DNA of 64,000 nt, from assembly GCA_008632985.1 (NCBI GenBank), contig QPGO01000119.1, positions 62,001 to 126,000 on the forward strand. The letters are read 5' to 3'. The translations under genes were made by a program, and so were the position numbers. The stretch comes from Psammoneis japonica (lineage: Eukaryota). Below the pieces are notes generated by a model. That model searched no databases. It saw only the letters and a list, made by a program, of their open reading frames with translations, and had not been told where the DNA came from. Shown here piece after piece: positions 47,654 through 60,630 of this stretch (position 1 is the stretch's first letter; every line of letters begins with the position of its first letter).

Positions 47654-48730
47654 ATGAAGCTTACGTCTCTAGCAGTGCTTTTGCTAGCACCCGCCGCATC
47701 CGCTGTGGAGGAATGCGTGCGACCTCTCATGGAGTGGGATGAAGCCTCGCTTTTTACGTGTTTCACACAGCTGGGTCAGACCGGATTTATGGAGCAAGTC
47801 ATGGGTCAATTTTCTAGTTTCATAGACATGGATTGCATTATCGAAGCTACAATATCTGGTGACGCCGCCGTCGCCAAGATGGAAGAGTGTATCAACGGGG
47901 TAACCATGACCGAACTGTTGGAAATCGGCGTCATGACTGGCATTCCGTGTCTACAACCGACTGAAGGTAGCAGCACGGAAGACTACATGCTGTGCGCACA
48001 AAAGTCCTTGTCCGCTATAGCACCATGCTTTACCGTCGAAGACCCATTGCAAATGGCCCTCTGCGGCTTGCAAACCATCCCAGAGATTGAAAACATGTTT
48101 CAAGTCATTGAAGAGGCACCCACCTGTACCACAACAGCGCTTGCCGAGTTGGGTGCCTGTATGGAGTCCAACATGTTTACTTGTGGTGTCGAATGCGCGA
48201 CCGAGTTGATGTCAAGCGTGCCAATGGTAATGCTACAAATGCAATACAACGCCGATCTCTTCAATTGTGCGGTACTCCAACTTGCACTTGCAGATCCAAT
48301 GTGTGCCATGACCGCCGGGTGCTGCGATACGTGCTCGAAGTACATGCAGGAACTTACCAACTGCATTGCCATGGACGTGATGCCAAAATCGCTCAAAGTG
48401 AACGAACAGTGTTCTTTGAAGTGCCCGTCTAGGCGTCGTGACTTGGGCCAAGGGGATTGCGACAACAAGGACAATAGCAGCAGTGCACCTCAAGCAACTG
48501 AACCGGCGACTGTCAAGGATATGACGGCCGAGAAGCAAGCTCTTGTACACTGTGCAGAGATGCTTGAAGGAGAACGCCGGTCTCTTGCCACGGTGGAACA
48601 TCTCATGGAGTGTACTGCAGCTGAGTATGCTCATTTCTATGGAGTACAAGTCAACTCTGCTGCAGCAAGCAGCCGGACGGTTGGATCCGTCATGGCTGTC
48701 TTGTTTGTTTTGGGTGCCATCATGTGGTAA
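47654..48730 (+). CDS. Secreted Cys/Met-rich protein with a GPI-like C-terminus (paralog of 61092-62537)
   Basis: Signal MKLTSLAVLLLAPAASA; many Cys; CPSRRRDL; C-terminal NSAAASSR plus a hydrophobic tail. Confidence 0.85.
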   Translation: MKLTSLAVLLLAPAASAVEECVRPLMEWDEASLFTCFTQLGQTGFMEQVMGQFSSFIDMDCIIEATISGDAAVAKMEECINGVTMTELLEIGVMTGIPCLQPTEGSSTEDYMLCAQKSLSAIAPCFTVEDPLQMALCGLQTIPEIENMFQVIEEAPTCTTTALAELGACMESNMFTCGVECATELMSSVPMVMLQMQYNADLFNCAVLQLALADPMCAMTAGCCDTCSKYMQELTNCIAMDVMPKSLKVNEQCSLKCPSRRRDLGQGDCDNKDNSSSAPQATEPATVKDMTAEKQALVHCAEMLEGERRSLATVEHLMECTAAEYAHFYGVQVNSAAASSRTVGSVMAVLFVLGAIMW

Positions 48731-49348
48731 AAAGTCTCCTCTCGAGTGTTATTTCCAGAGGGGTATGGCATAATCTATAGAATACGTGTATGACTGTCAC
48801 TCTCCTTATTGCCTAGCTCTAGAGAGGGCCCTCTACTCTAGCTAGAGGGAGTATGACAGGAACCCAGGCATGGGCTGGATGGAGTGCGGCGACGGCATAC
48901 CGTAGCATGCAAGCGCAACATCTCGACAGCAAGCCTTTGTAAGAGTTAGTAGAGACGTTTGATATAATGTCCATGTGACTTCTTCCTACACACGGCCCTG
49001 CTTGCGACAACGCAGCATTTGCAAAAGGAGTTCTCTTTTCAAAGATGACCATCCAGATCGATCGGCGGTGATACTGGCATGTAGCTAGCTGCTCTGAAAA
49101 CACATAATATATTGTAAGAACCACCATGACGTTCGTATTCTCCGTTTGTGAGTCATTCACTTTTTTTGAAGTTGGGCATGAGGAGTTCGTTGCGAACGAA
49201 CGACCTGAAGACTCCAGTGAAACCGGTTTGGTGAGTAAAAGTGAGCGTTTTCAACAGCATTGATGCAACGATTTTTCTAATATATAAAACAATTAATCCT
49301 ACACACCGTTCAGTCAAGCATAAGAAGACATCAGTGTCTTGGCTACCT

Positions 49349-50349
49349 CTAGGATGGAGATAACTTATTCCAGTATCCGGTGTCGTCTTTGTGAGCTATA
49401 AGACAATCAGTCGCACGTACTTCTTCGCCGCTTTTTGGATGGTGCTGCTGCGTGAGACAACCCTGCATGTTACTCATCACGGGACGAATATCAAACCTAT
49501 AGTCATCCAAATCACCTTCGCCAGCTTCAAACCGTTGAAGCTCTTGTCCTGCATCACATTGCTTGAGTTCGAGCGTGCGGCCTCTATGGTGCATTTCAAA
49601 GCACAGGTTGGTTCCTTCCACCTGAATTTGCCTGCCGCGTCCAGATGATTCCAAGAACCTAAAGTTGGTATTGCCTTCGTCGCAGCCCTTGATTTCTATC
49701 CTATCGTCTTCTTGACAGCTCCCCCCTGTGCATTCCATGCACCACTTGCTTTCTTTGTGCGATCCTTGCCAATGGTAACCTGAAGAGCGTCAAAAACAGA
49801 TCACAGTCATCAGAATAGGAAACGCATTGCGAAAAACGAAAAATGGACAAAACATCTTACCTTCCTCCCAGTACAGCTTCATTCGAAAGGCACCTTCCGG
49901 TGGCTCATCATCGGCAGGATTGAAACAATAATCCTTTGCAGCTGTTGGTGTCCCCGAGCATCCAGGGATAGTTTTGTCGCTGCTGCCGCGCTGATAGCAC
50001 ATTAGGTTGCTCGCACAGTCGCTATCGCTATCGCAGTCACCTATATCATTGAGTGTTGCGAGAACAAAACATCTATTTAGTTGGTGTGGCACAATGATAA
50101 CAGTGAAAGGACCTCATAGACATACTCACCTTCGCATTTACCGAGAGGGAACGCAGACGCCGGCTTCCGATTGTCACCGGCAATGTTCAGAGTAGCGAGC
50201 TTTCTGTGACCTTGTGCGTTGTAAGTCTCTGGTTGTTGCTTTTCTAGATTGTAGCTTTCTGCTACATAGCTGTTTCGCAAGTATCCCAGCTTGTTGCCAC
50301 TAGCGAACGTATTGGCAACTAGTAGGAAGGCGATAAGAGATACTCTCAT
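49349..50349 (-). CDS. Frustulin-like cell-wall protein (one acidic Cys-rich ACR domain plus a Trp-containing C-terminal domain); 3 exons (50349-50130, 50040-49861, 49779-49349)
   Basis: Signal MRVSLIAFLLVANTFASG; RKL; spliced PLGKCEGDCDSDSDCASNLMCYQR...IPGCSG...DYC (frustulin CEGDCD motif); FRMKLYWEEGYHWQ...KWCM; CLTQQHHPKSGE; GYW. Confidence 0.88.
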
Positions 50350-50849
50350 GTGGTTAGTTATCTGCGAGAGCGGAGTAACAAGAAAGAAGAAAAATGATTC
50401 CAGTGAGAAGATGTCGTCGTAGCGGACCGAGAAAGATGGCGGTCCCTTCCAAGTGAAGGAGATCACGTGCATTGACTCACTTTGTTATTCTTGGTTATAG
50501 GCATTTTGTGAGAACAATACAAGCATTGCGCCTCTGTGCTTTTGGGTCGTGATTCAGGAATGCGATATGCGATCGCGTTTTCGAAATATGGAGGAGTCGT
50601 CGCGAGACAATCGCAGACACTCCCTATCAAACATATGTCTTCTGTACTTCGATCACAGCTTTTACAATGTGAAAACAACAAAGACCGACATACGGGCAAA
50701 GGACAGAAGCAATCACAATACGATGGGGAGTGAAAGTTGATGGCTCACACGCGACCAAAACGACGCGGCAAGCGCAAAACAAGAATCAACACGAATCATC
50801 AATCACGACTTGCGAACAGCCAAGACACAACAACTTCGGATCACAGCGC

Positions 50850-53050
50850 AGAATTCAGCCCCCCATGCGGTGTGACGAGCACAGCGATTTCTGTTTGGTT
50901 GGTTCACCACATCCAACCCAAGGCCTTGATCAATGCATCCGCAGGGTTGACAATGACACCCCGAACATGTCAGAGTGACAATTTTCCCTGCCTCCCACCA
51001 GCCTTGGACATGGCAAAGTGTCGAGTGCCAACATGTCGGGTGTCGGGAGCGCTTTGCAGGTGCCCAGTTGTTGGCCATCTGAGTGGCAGACAAGTTGTCA
51101 ATGTGCAATGGGGTGGGGCCATTCTGGGAGAAGCCCAGCTCCTCAAATGCTGAACATGCAGCAAAACACAAATTCTGTTTGTTTGCACCAGCAACGCTGG
51201 CCAAAAACTTCGCTTCCAAGAAGCTGGTGGCAGCAGTTGCATGAGTCTGACAATGGCAGTCAAGCACAGCTCCCACAAGCACATGAGCATGGCTGGCAGC
51301 AGATCAATGATGGCAGAGATCATTGGCATGTGCTGCATTGACAAACCCAAGAAACTGGAAGAGACCTTTGTGGCACCAGGAAACTTTGGAAGATGGGCCT
51401 TCCTCAAGCCACTCAAACAAATGTGGTGGAAGGCCTGGATCACACTTTGATTTCTTGCACATGTTGGGCCCCAATCCTTGGCACAGTGCAAGTGCTTTGC
51501 AACCCATTTCAGGGATGAATGGCAAACAGCATGAGGGCCCTTTGAGAATTTTGACAACGTCGCGATGGGGTTTCCAGTGCAAAGTTCAGTTTGCCAAGCA
51601 GGCAGTGACATGAGAAACCTTGACTCTCCACCAAAGTGTTGTTCTCAGAGGCACACCTTTGCTGGGGCCTCTTGAAGCAAACAACTCTGTGATGATGACA
51701 CAGTCAGCCGGAGCTCGCATTGCCTTGAAATTGTCACCCGGCTCAGCAGCAGCAGAGGCAGGAGGGAGCATTGCTCCCATCCGTGGGTGTGGAGAACATG
51801 CTCGATGCAGCTGTGGCAGCTGACAGCAACCAAGATGTCATTTTGAACAATGCCCAATTCATTGAATTTGGCACAGAGCCCCCCAAATGCTTGAAAGGAG
51901 CACTCCCCCCCCAATTGCCTGTTGTGATGCCCCCACCCCACAGCAGGAGGTGCGCATGCACCATTTTTTGATTGACAGAAATCCACAGACACATCATGCC
52001 AATCCAAAATGCGTGCCCATCTGTGTTGTGTCTTGTTGCTGGCAAACATCATTTTTTGTTCTCCAGCAAAGACTGGGCCAGTTGACACTGATGAGCAAAA
52101 CATGTGCTGTTTGGCTCTGACTCAAAAAAGAGCAAGACTGTGGTTGGAGTGTCAAAGCCTGTGTGGCATCAGTGCATTTGCGTGCAACAAAAAGCAGAGT
52201 CAACTGAACATTGCTTGCTCTCTTCTCACTTTGCAAAAGGTCCTTTCCATTTTCTCTGTTCCAAGTGAAGAGCTGTCCTCACATGGGCGCCAGTCATGAA
52301 AAAGCACCAAAGCCAGTCAAGGTTGTTCACATGCTGCACATCCTTGCTGACCCCATTGCTGCAACAACATCTTCAGGGAAGGCTCTTGACTTTTCCAACA
52401 CTGTCATTTCCTGTGCCAAGACTTGCAGTTGGACCACAAAAGAACCCCGTCAAGCAAAGGTCAAGTTTGCTCTGACCACAAGGTGGGAGGAACAAATGCA
52501 GTCAGGGAAGATGTGGCAGTTGTGAATGCCTGCAGGGGGGCAAAGACCACAGGACAGCTGGCACCATGGGCATCATGATCAAGACCATCTGCAACCCACA
52601 GAGCTTCACACAGTGCTGAGAAACCATTGGCTGTGACTTTTGCCAGGCACTTGAAAATTCCAGCGCTTGCCACAGCCAATGCAACATCTTGTCAGTGGTG
52701 CACTTGAGGTTGCTGCAGAGGTCTTTGCCCCAGTTGAATGTGGGTCCCCCAATCAAAGTCAACCATCATGTTTTGTCCAAAAATCTCAACAACCATCCTG
52801 GGAAACATTGAAGCAGATGTGAGAGCAAAAGAATGGCAGGCAGAGATGACTGCAATGTGTGCCAAAGGATCAACATGCCCAAGGTCAGATGCAGCCACTT
52901 GCTCTGGACCAGCAAAAGGAAGGCAGCACCTGACATTGTGGAAAACATGCATGCAGCCAATGGCTTGAAATTTCCAAAGCAGTGGATGGAAACATGATGT
53001 CTCAACAGCTGGCATGTTCAGGCCCCAGGTGGAAACTTGCACTGCTGCTG
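50850..53050 (-). mobile_element. Heavily mutated Ty1/copia RT-RNase H relic
   Basis: Recognisable remnants: SCHSCIEHVLHTHGW; IATLSKFS...LKWVAKHLHCAKDWG; GFVNAAHANDL; ATAATSFLEAKFLA; EELGFSQNGPTPLHIDNLSA; KRSRH. Nearly free of TpA. Confidence 0.8.
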
Positions 53051-53949
53051 GGCTGCAAGAACATTTTCTTGCCTGACCACGGATTCAAAAAATGCACATC
53101 ATTCCGCGCAGAAACAAAACGTTTCTTTTTTCAGCCATTTTGAGGTGCCATTTTCACTTGCTGAAGTGCTCAATCATGAGCCTCTCTGCAGGCCAGCTCA
53201 CATTCTCTGACATCAGTGGCAGATTTTGCAGCCATGCACCAGACAATCATGGCACCACAAATCTGCCTTTTTTTGCAAAATTCTGTTGCTCTGGCTGTGT
53301 TTTTCAGTGGCAGCAATTTCAACTGCTCACAAATGACATCACAGTGCTCCAAAAACATCGTCAAAGTGTCAGCAGATTTGGCAGTGCTGGTCATGTGATG
53401 GATGGCACATGGTTTTAACTGGCTGGACAATGCAGAGCAAGCTTTTTCTCAGACAAGATTTTGGGTGCATCACAAAGTTACAGCCAACCTTGACACAAAA
53501 AGGTGCAAAGCACACTTCACCTCACTGTGAGAGCAACAGCAAGACAACACAGATTGTGTTTGTTGCAGCAGATCCAATGTTGCAACCATCTTGGGGAGTT
53601 TTTGACCAGAAGACTTTAAAAGTCAACTTGCAACATTGCTTGTTGTTGGGTCAAAAAATCAAAACACCAGGCGCCCAAAGAAGATGTGCATGACACAGCA
53701 ACACCTTCAAAAATGGAGCAGTTTGGATGGTGCCACCATTTCTTTGAGTTGCACAGCTTGCAGAAACTTGTGCACCACTCAAAGACATCACAATGGACGA
53801 GAGCACCTTTGGCTTTGGGCTGCAGTGAGTTTTGGGTTTTGTGTGTTTTTTTTGTTCATGTTTGATGCTCACTGCATGAGCGCCATTTGTTTGTCAAGAT
53901 GCAAATGTTAAAATGAAAAGAGCTGGCACACAAGCTTCTGTGGCAATGT

Positions 53950-55380
53950 GTTGCAAAGACTTCCCTCACAGGGCTCCTGGAGTGCACTGGCCTGGGGGTG
54001 AGGAAGGTGGCAGACTGGGGTGCTGAAGAGAGAAGGCCACCTCAGATCTGAAACCTTCCAGAAGGCATTGGCATCAAAGCACATGGCAGGCCAGATTCTT
54101 GCCCACAATGGTGTCCTCACCCAGCAGATCATGCAGGAGCCCACATCCTTGAATGCAGAGGAGACCAAAATGCTGAAACACAAAATTTGCAAGTTGCAAA
54201 TTAATTTGCAAAGACAAGTGGCTCAAATGCTTTCATGATGAGAGCATGTGCAAGGTCTGTGAGTGCTTCATTTTTTGCTTCAAATGAGCAAATGCTGCTG
54301 TTTTCACAACCGCAGGTCTGCGCAAGTGATGTGAGACAACAAGCCAGTTGGATCATTGTCATCATGAAGAGCTGTGCAATGTTGTGTTTGTGAGGAAAGG
54401 CAATGAAATCATCCAAAAAGGTTCTTTTTTTAAATCTGGTGATGCGTTGGCATCAGCTGCTGTCACAAGAAGGCAGTTTCCTTTGAAAATGAGGATTTCT
54501 TGTCATTTTTCATGCATCATGTCTTTTCTTGTTTGAAGCAGAAAGAATGCAAGCACCTTCTTGTTGAGCTGCACCAGAGGATGTTGCCCACATTGCAAAG
54601 ACCATCTTGGAGGGTGACAGGGTTGTTTCTGGACTCACCGCATGGCAGTTGTGCAGGGATTTTGGAACTTGTCACAAATTTTTTGATGTCACAATTTTTT
54701 TGATTTGTCAGCAAAGAGCAGACAAGCTGTGGACTTGGATGACACAAAAGTGTGGGCAAATCCCAAAATCATGTGGAAGCCACAACCCAATGACTTGGAC
54801 AATGGAAGGAGAGCTTCCCGGCAGTGCTGACAACTTCCCAAGATGAGTTGACACAGAGAAAGCAGTCAATGTGCAGGACATTTTGGGTTAGAGCAGATTC
54901 GTTGAAGGCTGTGCAGCACACTTGACTGGCAATTTGCCCCAAGACTCATGTTGCTGAAGGGCCCGTTCTCAGTGGCAAAGGGCCAGCAGTGGGTGAGGCA
55001 ACTTGTTGTGAAAGTGTGCAATGTTGCCTGGGACTGTCAGCGGGAATGCCAGGTTGGCATTGTCCATCTCATCCAACCATGCTGGACTTGCACAAGCACA
55101 AGTGGAAGCAATCTAAGAGCAGGTTTGTCAAAGAACATTGTGGTTCAGACTGCAACAACAGCACCTCCCTCTCCAATGGACCAGTGGCTTTTCAAAGGCA
55201 TGGCAGAAGACCTTTTTCAGCAAAATGCCAGAGCACTTGAAGAAGTGGCTCATCAGTGTGGATGTGACAAGAGATTCCTGTCAATGAACTCAAGGAGAAC
55301 AGCAACATGTGGAGCCAGAGTTGATGCTAAATCGGCTCTGCAGTGCAAACAACAACATTTGACATTTATGCTGCAAGATG
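53950..55380 (+). mobile_element. Probable non-LTR retrotransposon (LINE) 3' relic, TpA-depleted
   Basis: AVNVQDILG*EQ and GQQWVRQLVVKVCNVAWD resemble the Q..IGW..F..G...W...LI..LW..AWD.W C-terminus of LINE ORF2 proteins (from memory, not a search). Confidence 0.5.
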
Positions 55381-55685
55381 GTGGGGGGGGGTGCTCGTCT
55401 TACATGTTGCATGTGGGTTTATCCAAACCAGTCGGGGAACTCTGTGACTACGTTGGGCGACGTAATAAAAGCCATTTGGCATGTCAATTAACACAAAATC
55501 TGTGAGTTACTCATTTATTTATTGTCATGGGCAACGAGGGAACGGATCAGTTCTTTGTGGCACAGGATTTGGCCTCGGGTTCGATTGGAAGATGCATGGT
55601 TCATTGGATGCGCTGCGCATTCCATCCTTGTCAGCTCGACACAATACAAGGTGGTACTTTACTACTGCCCAGGAGGTGGATGATC

Positions 55686-57155
55686 TTAAGCAACGTTTTC
55701 TTTCGAAGGTCTCCCATTGTAACGTATTCTGGATCCTTGTTCTTCATCCCTTGTCTCGCTGTTTGCGTCGTTCAATGCAACCGGTGGCATGATTTCATCA
55801 GGCATGATTTCGCCATCGTCGCCTGCCACCACCGTGTATTGTGTACTCGTAGGTCCTGAATGCCTCACAGTGCTCCAGCACGCAAAAACGTACACCCCCA
55901 CCATGGTGCGCACCGTGCTCATCCAGCCAAAAACGTGAACAACAATTGTTAGTAAAATCAGCACAAAAGCAACTCTTAACAACCAAAAAATGCATCTTTG
56001 TGGACCACGCATTAGTTGTCTGTTGTACTCGGTATTGTCCTCAACCACACGAGTGTTCAAAGAGGGCTGGAGTAGTGCCGTTTTGGTTTCCTCGTGAGTC
56101 TTTTGATCTGCATCCACTTGCATTTCAAAAACGACCAAGCCTGAGTCATGCCCAGCCGCCACTAGATTGCGAGCATTCGAACCATGACCGACGTCAAGGC
56201 TCCAAAATCTTCCCATGTTATCCGTTTCAGTAGGTTGAATGGTTTGAATCGGGTGGTCACGCATGCCAGTGAAGATGCCGGCATTAGGGGTTGGAGTCTT
56301 CCAAATGCGGATAGTGGCATCTTCACTGGCACTCAGGAGCACATCTTGTGTAGGATGAAATATGCAGCAAGAGACATTGTGGGAGTGTCCGTGAAGAGTG
56401 CCGACTTCCGAGGCCTCGGTTTCACTCATGCGCCACAGCTTGACTTGACCTCCGTCGGCCGCCGAAGCCCCAAGCGGCAAGGTTGGGTGAAAGGCTGCCC
56501 AGTTGACTTGACTATCGTGTCCCTCCAAGACTCGCTTGACGACAACCTCATTGGTAGCAGAAAGTCCTTCTTTTGCTCCGGTGGCCTCTTCAGCCTGCTT
56601 CTTGCGTAAGCCTCCCGTATCCCAAAGTTGAACCGTCCGATCTAGCGATGCAGAAAAGATCAAGTCTTTCGTGGGATGGAAGGTAGCACACATCATGTAA
56701 TGATTTGTGCCCCCAACGAACAACAACTGGCGACTCTCAGAATCCCAAATCCGAATTGACATGTCATCCGAAGCGGACACAATCCAGGGCAGCTGGGGAT
56801 GGAACTGCACCGATCGAATGTAGTCGGCGTGCGCGTCACGAATAGTGTAGATTCCTCGTTTCGTTTCATAATCCCACACCTTGATCTTGAAGTCGTCTCC
56901 TCCAGACACAAGGAGAGGCTCTGTTGGGTGAAAATCCAAGGCTCGGACTGGAAGCTTTGTACGTGCATGTACGAAGCGAACGACGAGCTCTGGCCGTTCG
57001 TAGTTCCAGACCTGCACCACGCCATTGTACAAAGCAGCAGCCAAGAGTGCCTGCGGATTATTGCTGATGCTCGGGAGAAAGCGGACGCACTTGACACGTG
57101 CGGATCGCATTTCGAAGACAACGGGGGTGAAGTTCTTGTCGGGGGGCGTCACCAT
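55686..57155 (-). CDS. Coatomer alpha (alpha-COP) N-terminal WD40 propeller fused to a C-terminal region with two predicted TM helices
   Basis: [126 protein letters not shown]; then [23 protein letters not shown]...[10 protein letters not shown]. No introns. Confidence 0.85.
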   Translation of the reverse strand: MVTPPDKNFTPVVFEMRSARVKCVRFLPSISNNPQALLAAALYNGVVQVWNYERPELVVRFVHARTKLPVRALDFHPTEPLLVSGGDDFKIKVWDYETKRGIYTIRDAHADYIRSVQFHPQLPWIVSASDDMSIRIWDSESRQLLFVGGTNHYMMCATFHPTKDLIFSASLDRTVQLWDTGGLRKKQAEEATGAKEGLSATNEVVVKRVLEGHDSQVNWAAFHPTLPLGASAADGGQVKLWRMSETEASEVGTLHGHSHNVSCCIFHPTQDVLLSASEDATIRIWKTPTPNAGIFTGMRDHPIQTIQPTETDNMGRFWSLDVGHGSNARNLVAAGHDSGLVVFEMQVDADQKTHEETKTALLQPSLNTRVVEDNTEYNRQLMRGPQRCIFWLLRVAFVLILLTIVVHVFGWMSTVRTMVGVYVFACWSTVRHSGPTSTQYTVVAGDDGEIMPDEIMPPVALNDANSETRDEEQGSRIRYNGRPSKENVA

Positions 57156-57299
57156 GGTGTACGGCGTCCATAACACACCGCAGTTCTTACTGATGATGAT
57201 TGATGAAATAATGGATCATGTCATGGATGGATCGTCGTAATCCGCGTAACGCGCAACATTCATACATCCGCGGTTCGTGGTTCGCATGGCCGGATACAA

Positions 57300-60200
57300 C
57301 GCATGACGCATTGTTGCTTTGACACAAAGGAAAAGGGAAAAAAGGATGCAACGAGGGATTCGACCGTTGAACGTTGAACGAGCACAAAAAAAAAATTGAT
57401 GAGACGTGCGAGACGTGAGCGCGTTTTGAAACACGAAATCGTGCGCATCGTGCACCAATTACACAACATCATCACGCAGCAAATGCAATGGGACAGCAGC
57501 AAGTTCAATTTCTTCATCATTTAACCATGCGCACCCTGCCGTCGGGAGCCATCTAAGCGTTCATCTGCTGCAGTCATGCAGACGTCGTTTGGCCTGAACA
57601 ATGACCTTGTCTCCTCATTGAGCCCTGCCCCCTTTGGCAACATCATTTGCCGCACACGTCACAAAAAAAGACATGCTGTGTCTGTCTTCTTTTGCTTTGT
57701 GTTTTGTTTCTGCTTTCTCCGGGATGAGATGCTGCATTTTGTGCAGCTTGATGCAGAGTGCAGAGTCAGGTGCACACTTGCCAGGAGGCAGTTTTGTCTG
57801 AAAGGAAGAGCTGCACACCAGCAGGCCATTGTCTGGGGGTGGCGTGTGCGGCTCTGCACACTCCTGTGGTCAACGTTGAGAACATCTCTCTTCCAGCTGG
57901 CGGAAGTGAGTCGTTGTCATCAAAGCAACAAAATTTGTTGCTGGTCAGAAGCCTGCCCTTGTTTTGAGAAAAGCCCAGTGTTTTGTTGTCAGTCATCATC
58001 TGCTGACTCTCTGATGTGCCGGGCTGCTTTTCGGCAGGCCACCCCCTCACAGGCTCGCTGCTGTTGGGGAGTGAGAAATTTCTGTCTGTTGAGTTGAGCC
58101 TCACAACTTCTTTCTCAAGTCCTTGTTTTTTCCTTCTTTTGTAAAAAGCAGAGCAGCAGCAGCAATGTTCTCTTTTCATTTGAGCTCATTCTCCAGCGTG
58201 CCGCGAGTGTTTGCAGAACACATTTTTTTGCACAAGTGGTCTCTTGCTGTCATCTTTGCCTTTGACAACTTGACTCCAAAAAATTGACACCTCACTCCCC
58301 TGAATGCATGAACAATTGTCTGTTTCAGCTTGTCAGCCTTCTCAATGTTTTGGCAGCTTGTGTGCAGCTTTGTCAATGGAAAGAAATTGATTTCAGCACA
58401 TGACTTTGCTGGTGTGATGCATGTTTTCTGACCAAGTTTTTTGCAAGCCAGGAGGCCAGTGCAGGCAAATCCTGGTGCTTTGAACCTGACTGATCACTGT
58501 TGACACCTTTTTTGTCCAAACTCTCATCTTCAAGAAAGCACCCGCTGGCTTCATGACTTTGTTTTCTAGACAGACTGCTGGTGCCCTCAATGCCAAACTC
58601 CTTTCCATTGTTTTTGAAGTCCTCAGTCATCCCCCACTTTAAATGGGGCATCTCAAGCAGAGAGAGTTGTTTCTTGTTGCTCAGCTTCCCAGCCATTGCA
58701 GCAGCAGTTGGCACTTTTGCTGAGCAGTTTAAGAACAAACACACACTGATGTGTGCCACGGATTGGCAAATGTGCTCACATGTGACAAACACACAACAAG
58801 CCAGGGAGAAAGCAGCCAGGCCACTGCCAATGACCCAAAGCAGCAGCTGTCTCACTTTTTGGTGACATTCTTCATGTGTGCTGGCTCCGCAAAGGCACTC
58901 AAAAAGTGGAAATCAGCACAGGTTCATGCCAACTTGAGCGTGGTGCATGATGTTGAAAAGATGTGATTCTCTGATGCCACTTTTGAATGTGACAAAGTGT
59001 TGACTTGCACAGGTGCCATGCATTTTTTGAAAGAGTGACTTCTTGAAGTGCATTTGCAAGGAGATTCTCTGCCTTTGTGAAATCTTTTTCCAACTTTTTT
59101 GGGCCTGGTGCAGTCATGAGGCATGCAGAGGTGTGCAAGACTGCCTGGCCAAGGCCCAATGAGATCCTCTCATTTGCACAGCTTGTTCATCTCAGCTGCC
59201 AAAGCAGGCAATTTTCCATGTGTGCATGCTGTGCCCAAGTTGTGCCCATGGAGCAATTTAAGTTGCACTCAATGAGCAACATTGAGAAAAAATAAAGCTG
59301 GGGAGAGGGGGTGAAAAATGAAATGATTTCAGACTGTTGAAAACACAGAAATGTGGAACATGCCATGTGGTGCAAGCACAGAGATGTGCTTTCTTGCAAT
59401 GCTGTCATTTGTTTGCAAAAGGGAGACTTGACCTTGCTGAAACTGTAATTTGCACGCACCAAATGGCACAGAGTGAGCCATTTGTTGTCACACAAGTGTG
59501 GCGCCAGTGGACTCAAATTGGACCTTCTGGGGTTGGTGCTGCAGGCTTGCAAGAGTGCAGTGGTGCTCACAAGCAGAAGCAGGAAGATCCCTGGAATTCC
59601 CGCACCACTTTCATCACAGCAAAAAATGTGGCGACCAGGCCAAAAATGTTCATGAAATTGTTGAACTTGAGGGTGTCTCCAGGACTTGGCACAAGCTTTC
59701 TAGAAGAGGCAAGCAAGTCAGTCTCCCAGTTTGATGATGGTGCAGTTCTGGGAAAAACACCTTTCCCCAACAAGGGGCTGAATCTTCCAGAAAACAGAGC
59801 CATCCTTGTCAACTGCCAATCTTGAGCAGTCAAGAATGTCGCATGGCAGAGCTTTTTTTTTGGAAGTTGATGCTTGATTTTTTGCAGAGCACATGTTTTG
59901 AAAATTTCAAAGCTCAGGCAGCCAGACCAGCAATGCCACGGTGGCGCTTTTGATGCCAGCAGCTGGAAATCCTTCCCAACAAAGTGCTCAGCTGGGTGTG
60001 CTCTGCTGCTGGGAGCTGCTGGAGCAAACTCCTGTTCTTGACTCAACCCGGAGAAAAAGGGTCTGGGTTGCTTTCCCCACCCTTGACACGAGATGCACAA
60101 AGACCACAATGTCCATTTGGCCCATCAACAACTGCCCCTACATTCCCACCTCCTGTTTCGCCAACAAGAATCTGCTCAGATGAGAGCGGCAAAGGAGCGA

Positions 60201-60630
60201 AATTGCGCGAGAGACCCTGGTGCTCCAACTCATCTCCTCCTTGTTTGTTTTGGTTTCTGGCACCATGCTTGGCTGCAAGGGCACCTCCATCTCAAGAAGC
60301 TTGGAGAGAAGCAGTGGGAGGCTCCTCAGGGCTCAGCACCCCCCCTGTCATCGTGCTGGCTGAAACTGGAAAGGAGACAAAAGAGTGGAAGAGACCAGCA
60401 CGAGAGCAAGAAGGAGATAATTTCCTGCTGAAAGCTGATTTCAAAGTGTCAGAAGTGGTGATGGAGTGACAGCTCTGTGTTTTTCTGTGGCACGCAAGAA
60501 CATCCATCAATGCTTGAGGTGCTTGAGGTACAGCAGCACAGCATGGTGAGGCCCTGTCTTCTACCGGCACCGGTGCCGTACCGTGCCGGCACATGCTGCA
60601 CTGTACGGTGCATACGGTACGGCACGTTCT
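57300..60630. mobile_element. Degenerate TpA-depleted repeat block with a palindromic CCGTAC/CGGTAC cluster at its right edge
   Basis: About a dozen TpA in 57560-60530, mostly TTA/TAA; repeat cluster at 60560-60626. Confidence 0.55.

Noticed and set aside
55375..55420. G-run followed by TG as the PPT and LTR of the 50.8-53 kb copia relic
   Set aside because: Wrong strand for that relic, and no second LTR copy was found.
55686..57155. Canonical full-length COPA gene with downstream exons
   Set aside because: Similarity stops after the first propeller, the ORF continues into TM segments and a stop, and the DNA beyond is TE relic.
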